A stretch of 45,777 nt of DNA. It comes from a virus. Its lineage: Duplodnaviria > Caudoviricetes. The translations under genes were made by a program, and so were the position numbers. The notes beneath the pieces were generated by a model. That model worked only from the letters and a program-made list of their open reading frames with translations. It did not search any database and was not told where the DNA came from. The DNA is taken from positions 1 to 45,777 of IMG/VR virus record IMGVR_UViG_3300037755_000534. One strand, given 5' to 3'. Shown here one piece after another: positions 45,383-45,777 of this stretch. Position 1 is the first letter of the stretch, and every line of letters begins with the position of its first letter.

Positions 45383-45777
45383 GGACTTTCATTGTGACGA
45401 TAGACGGCGTTGCGCGCGTACATCGGACCTACGCGTTGGGCAAGGGCGGCAGGGTCATTACGCCAGACATCGAAGGCAAGATCGAGGATGTCGTTCCGGC
45501 CCCGGACATGGCGGATGAGGTCGCGAAATGGCACCCGGACAATCAGGCACAGGTCACGTCCATCCGCGAAATCTCGGAAGCCGATATTCCGGTGGACCGC
45601 GACTACTACCTCCGCGACGCATGGGAGGACGACGGTGAGAAGATCGTCGTCAACATGACCAAGGCCCGTGCGAGCTTCAACAAGGCCGTTCGGACTGCGA
45701 AACTCGCCAAGGCGCGCGAGCTTCAGCTTCGCGAGGACATCGGCGAGGACGTGACGGCGGAGCGGGCGGCGCTGACT
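45379..45777 (+). CDS. probable fibre assembly protein, allele B (runs off the end)
   Basis: Open frame MRTFIVTIDGVARV..ERAALT; would be completed by 1390-1458 if circular. Confidence 0.65.
   Translation, partial: MRTFIVTIDGVARVHRTYALGKGGRVITPDIEGKIEDVVPAPDMADEVAKWHPDNQAQVTSIREISEADIPVDRDYYLRDAWEDDGEKIVVNMTKARASFNKAVRTAKLAKARELQLREDIGEDVTAERAALT

Overview
Near-complete genome of a GC-rich temperate siphovirus. It has HK97-type terminase, portal, ClpP protease and capsid genes, a long non-contractile tail module, a lysis cassette, a PolB DNA polymerase, an NrS-1-like prim-pol/helicase, an SF2 helicase, two DNA methyltransferases and a tyrosine integrase. An intact attP whose core matches an alphaproteobacterial-type tRNA-Phe 3' end suggests the excised form. 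The last 108 bp equal 1282-1389, consistent with a circle of about 44.4 kb. Bases 1-1281 are a diverged second capsid-end/tail-fibre segment, from either a related element or a second cassette. Main discovery: a promoter-driven cassette between xis and int encodes a nuclease-less IS110/Nop-domain protein (Tas-like) plus five stem-flanked dual-spacer units (stem-CCN-N9-TG-loop-CCN-N9-TG-stem), i.e. a TIGR-like RNA-guided system. Four of the five units lie inside protein-coding frames. Also notable: a repeated sigma70 promoter/operator heading several inserted gene cassettes, a C5 methyltransferase split over two overlapping frames, and a five-gene glycan-modification cluster in the head-tail region. 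All calls are by-eye motif recognition; no database searches were run.
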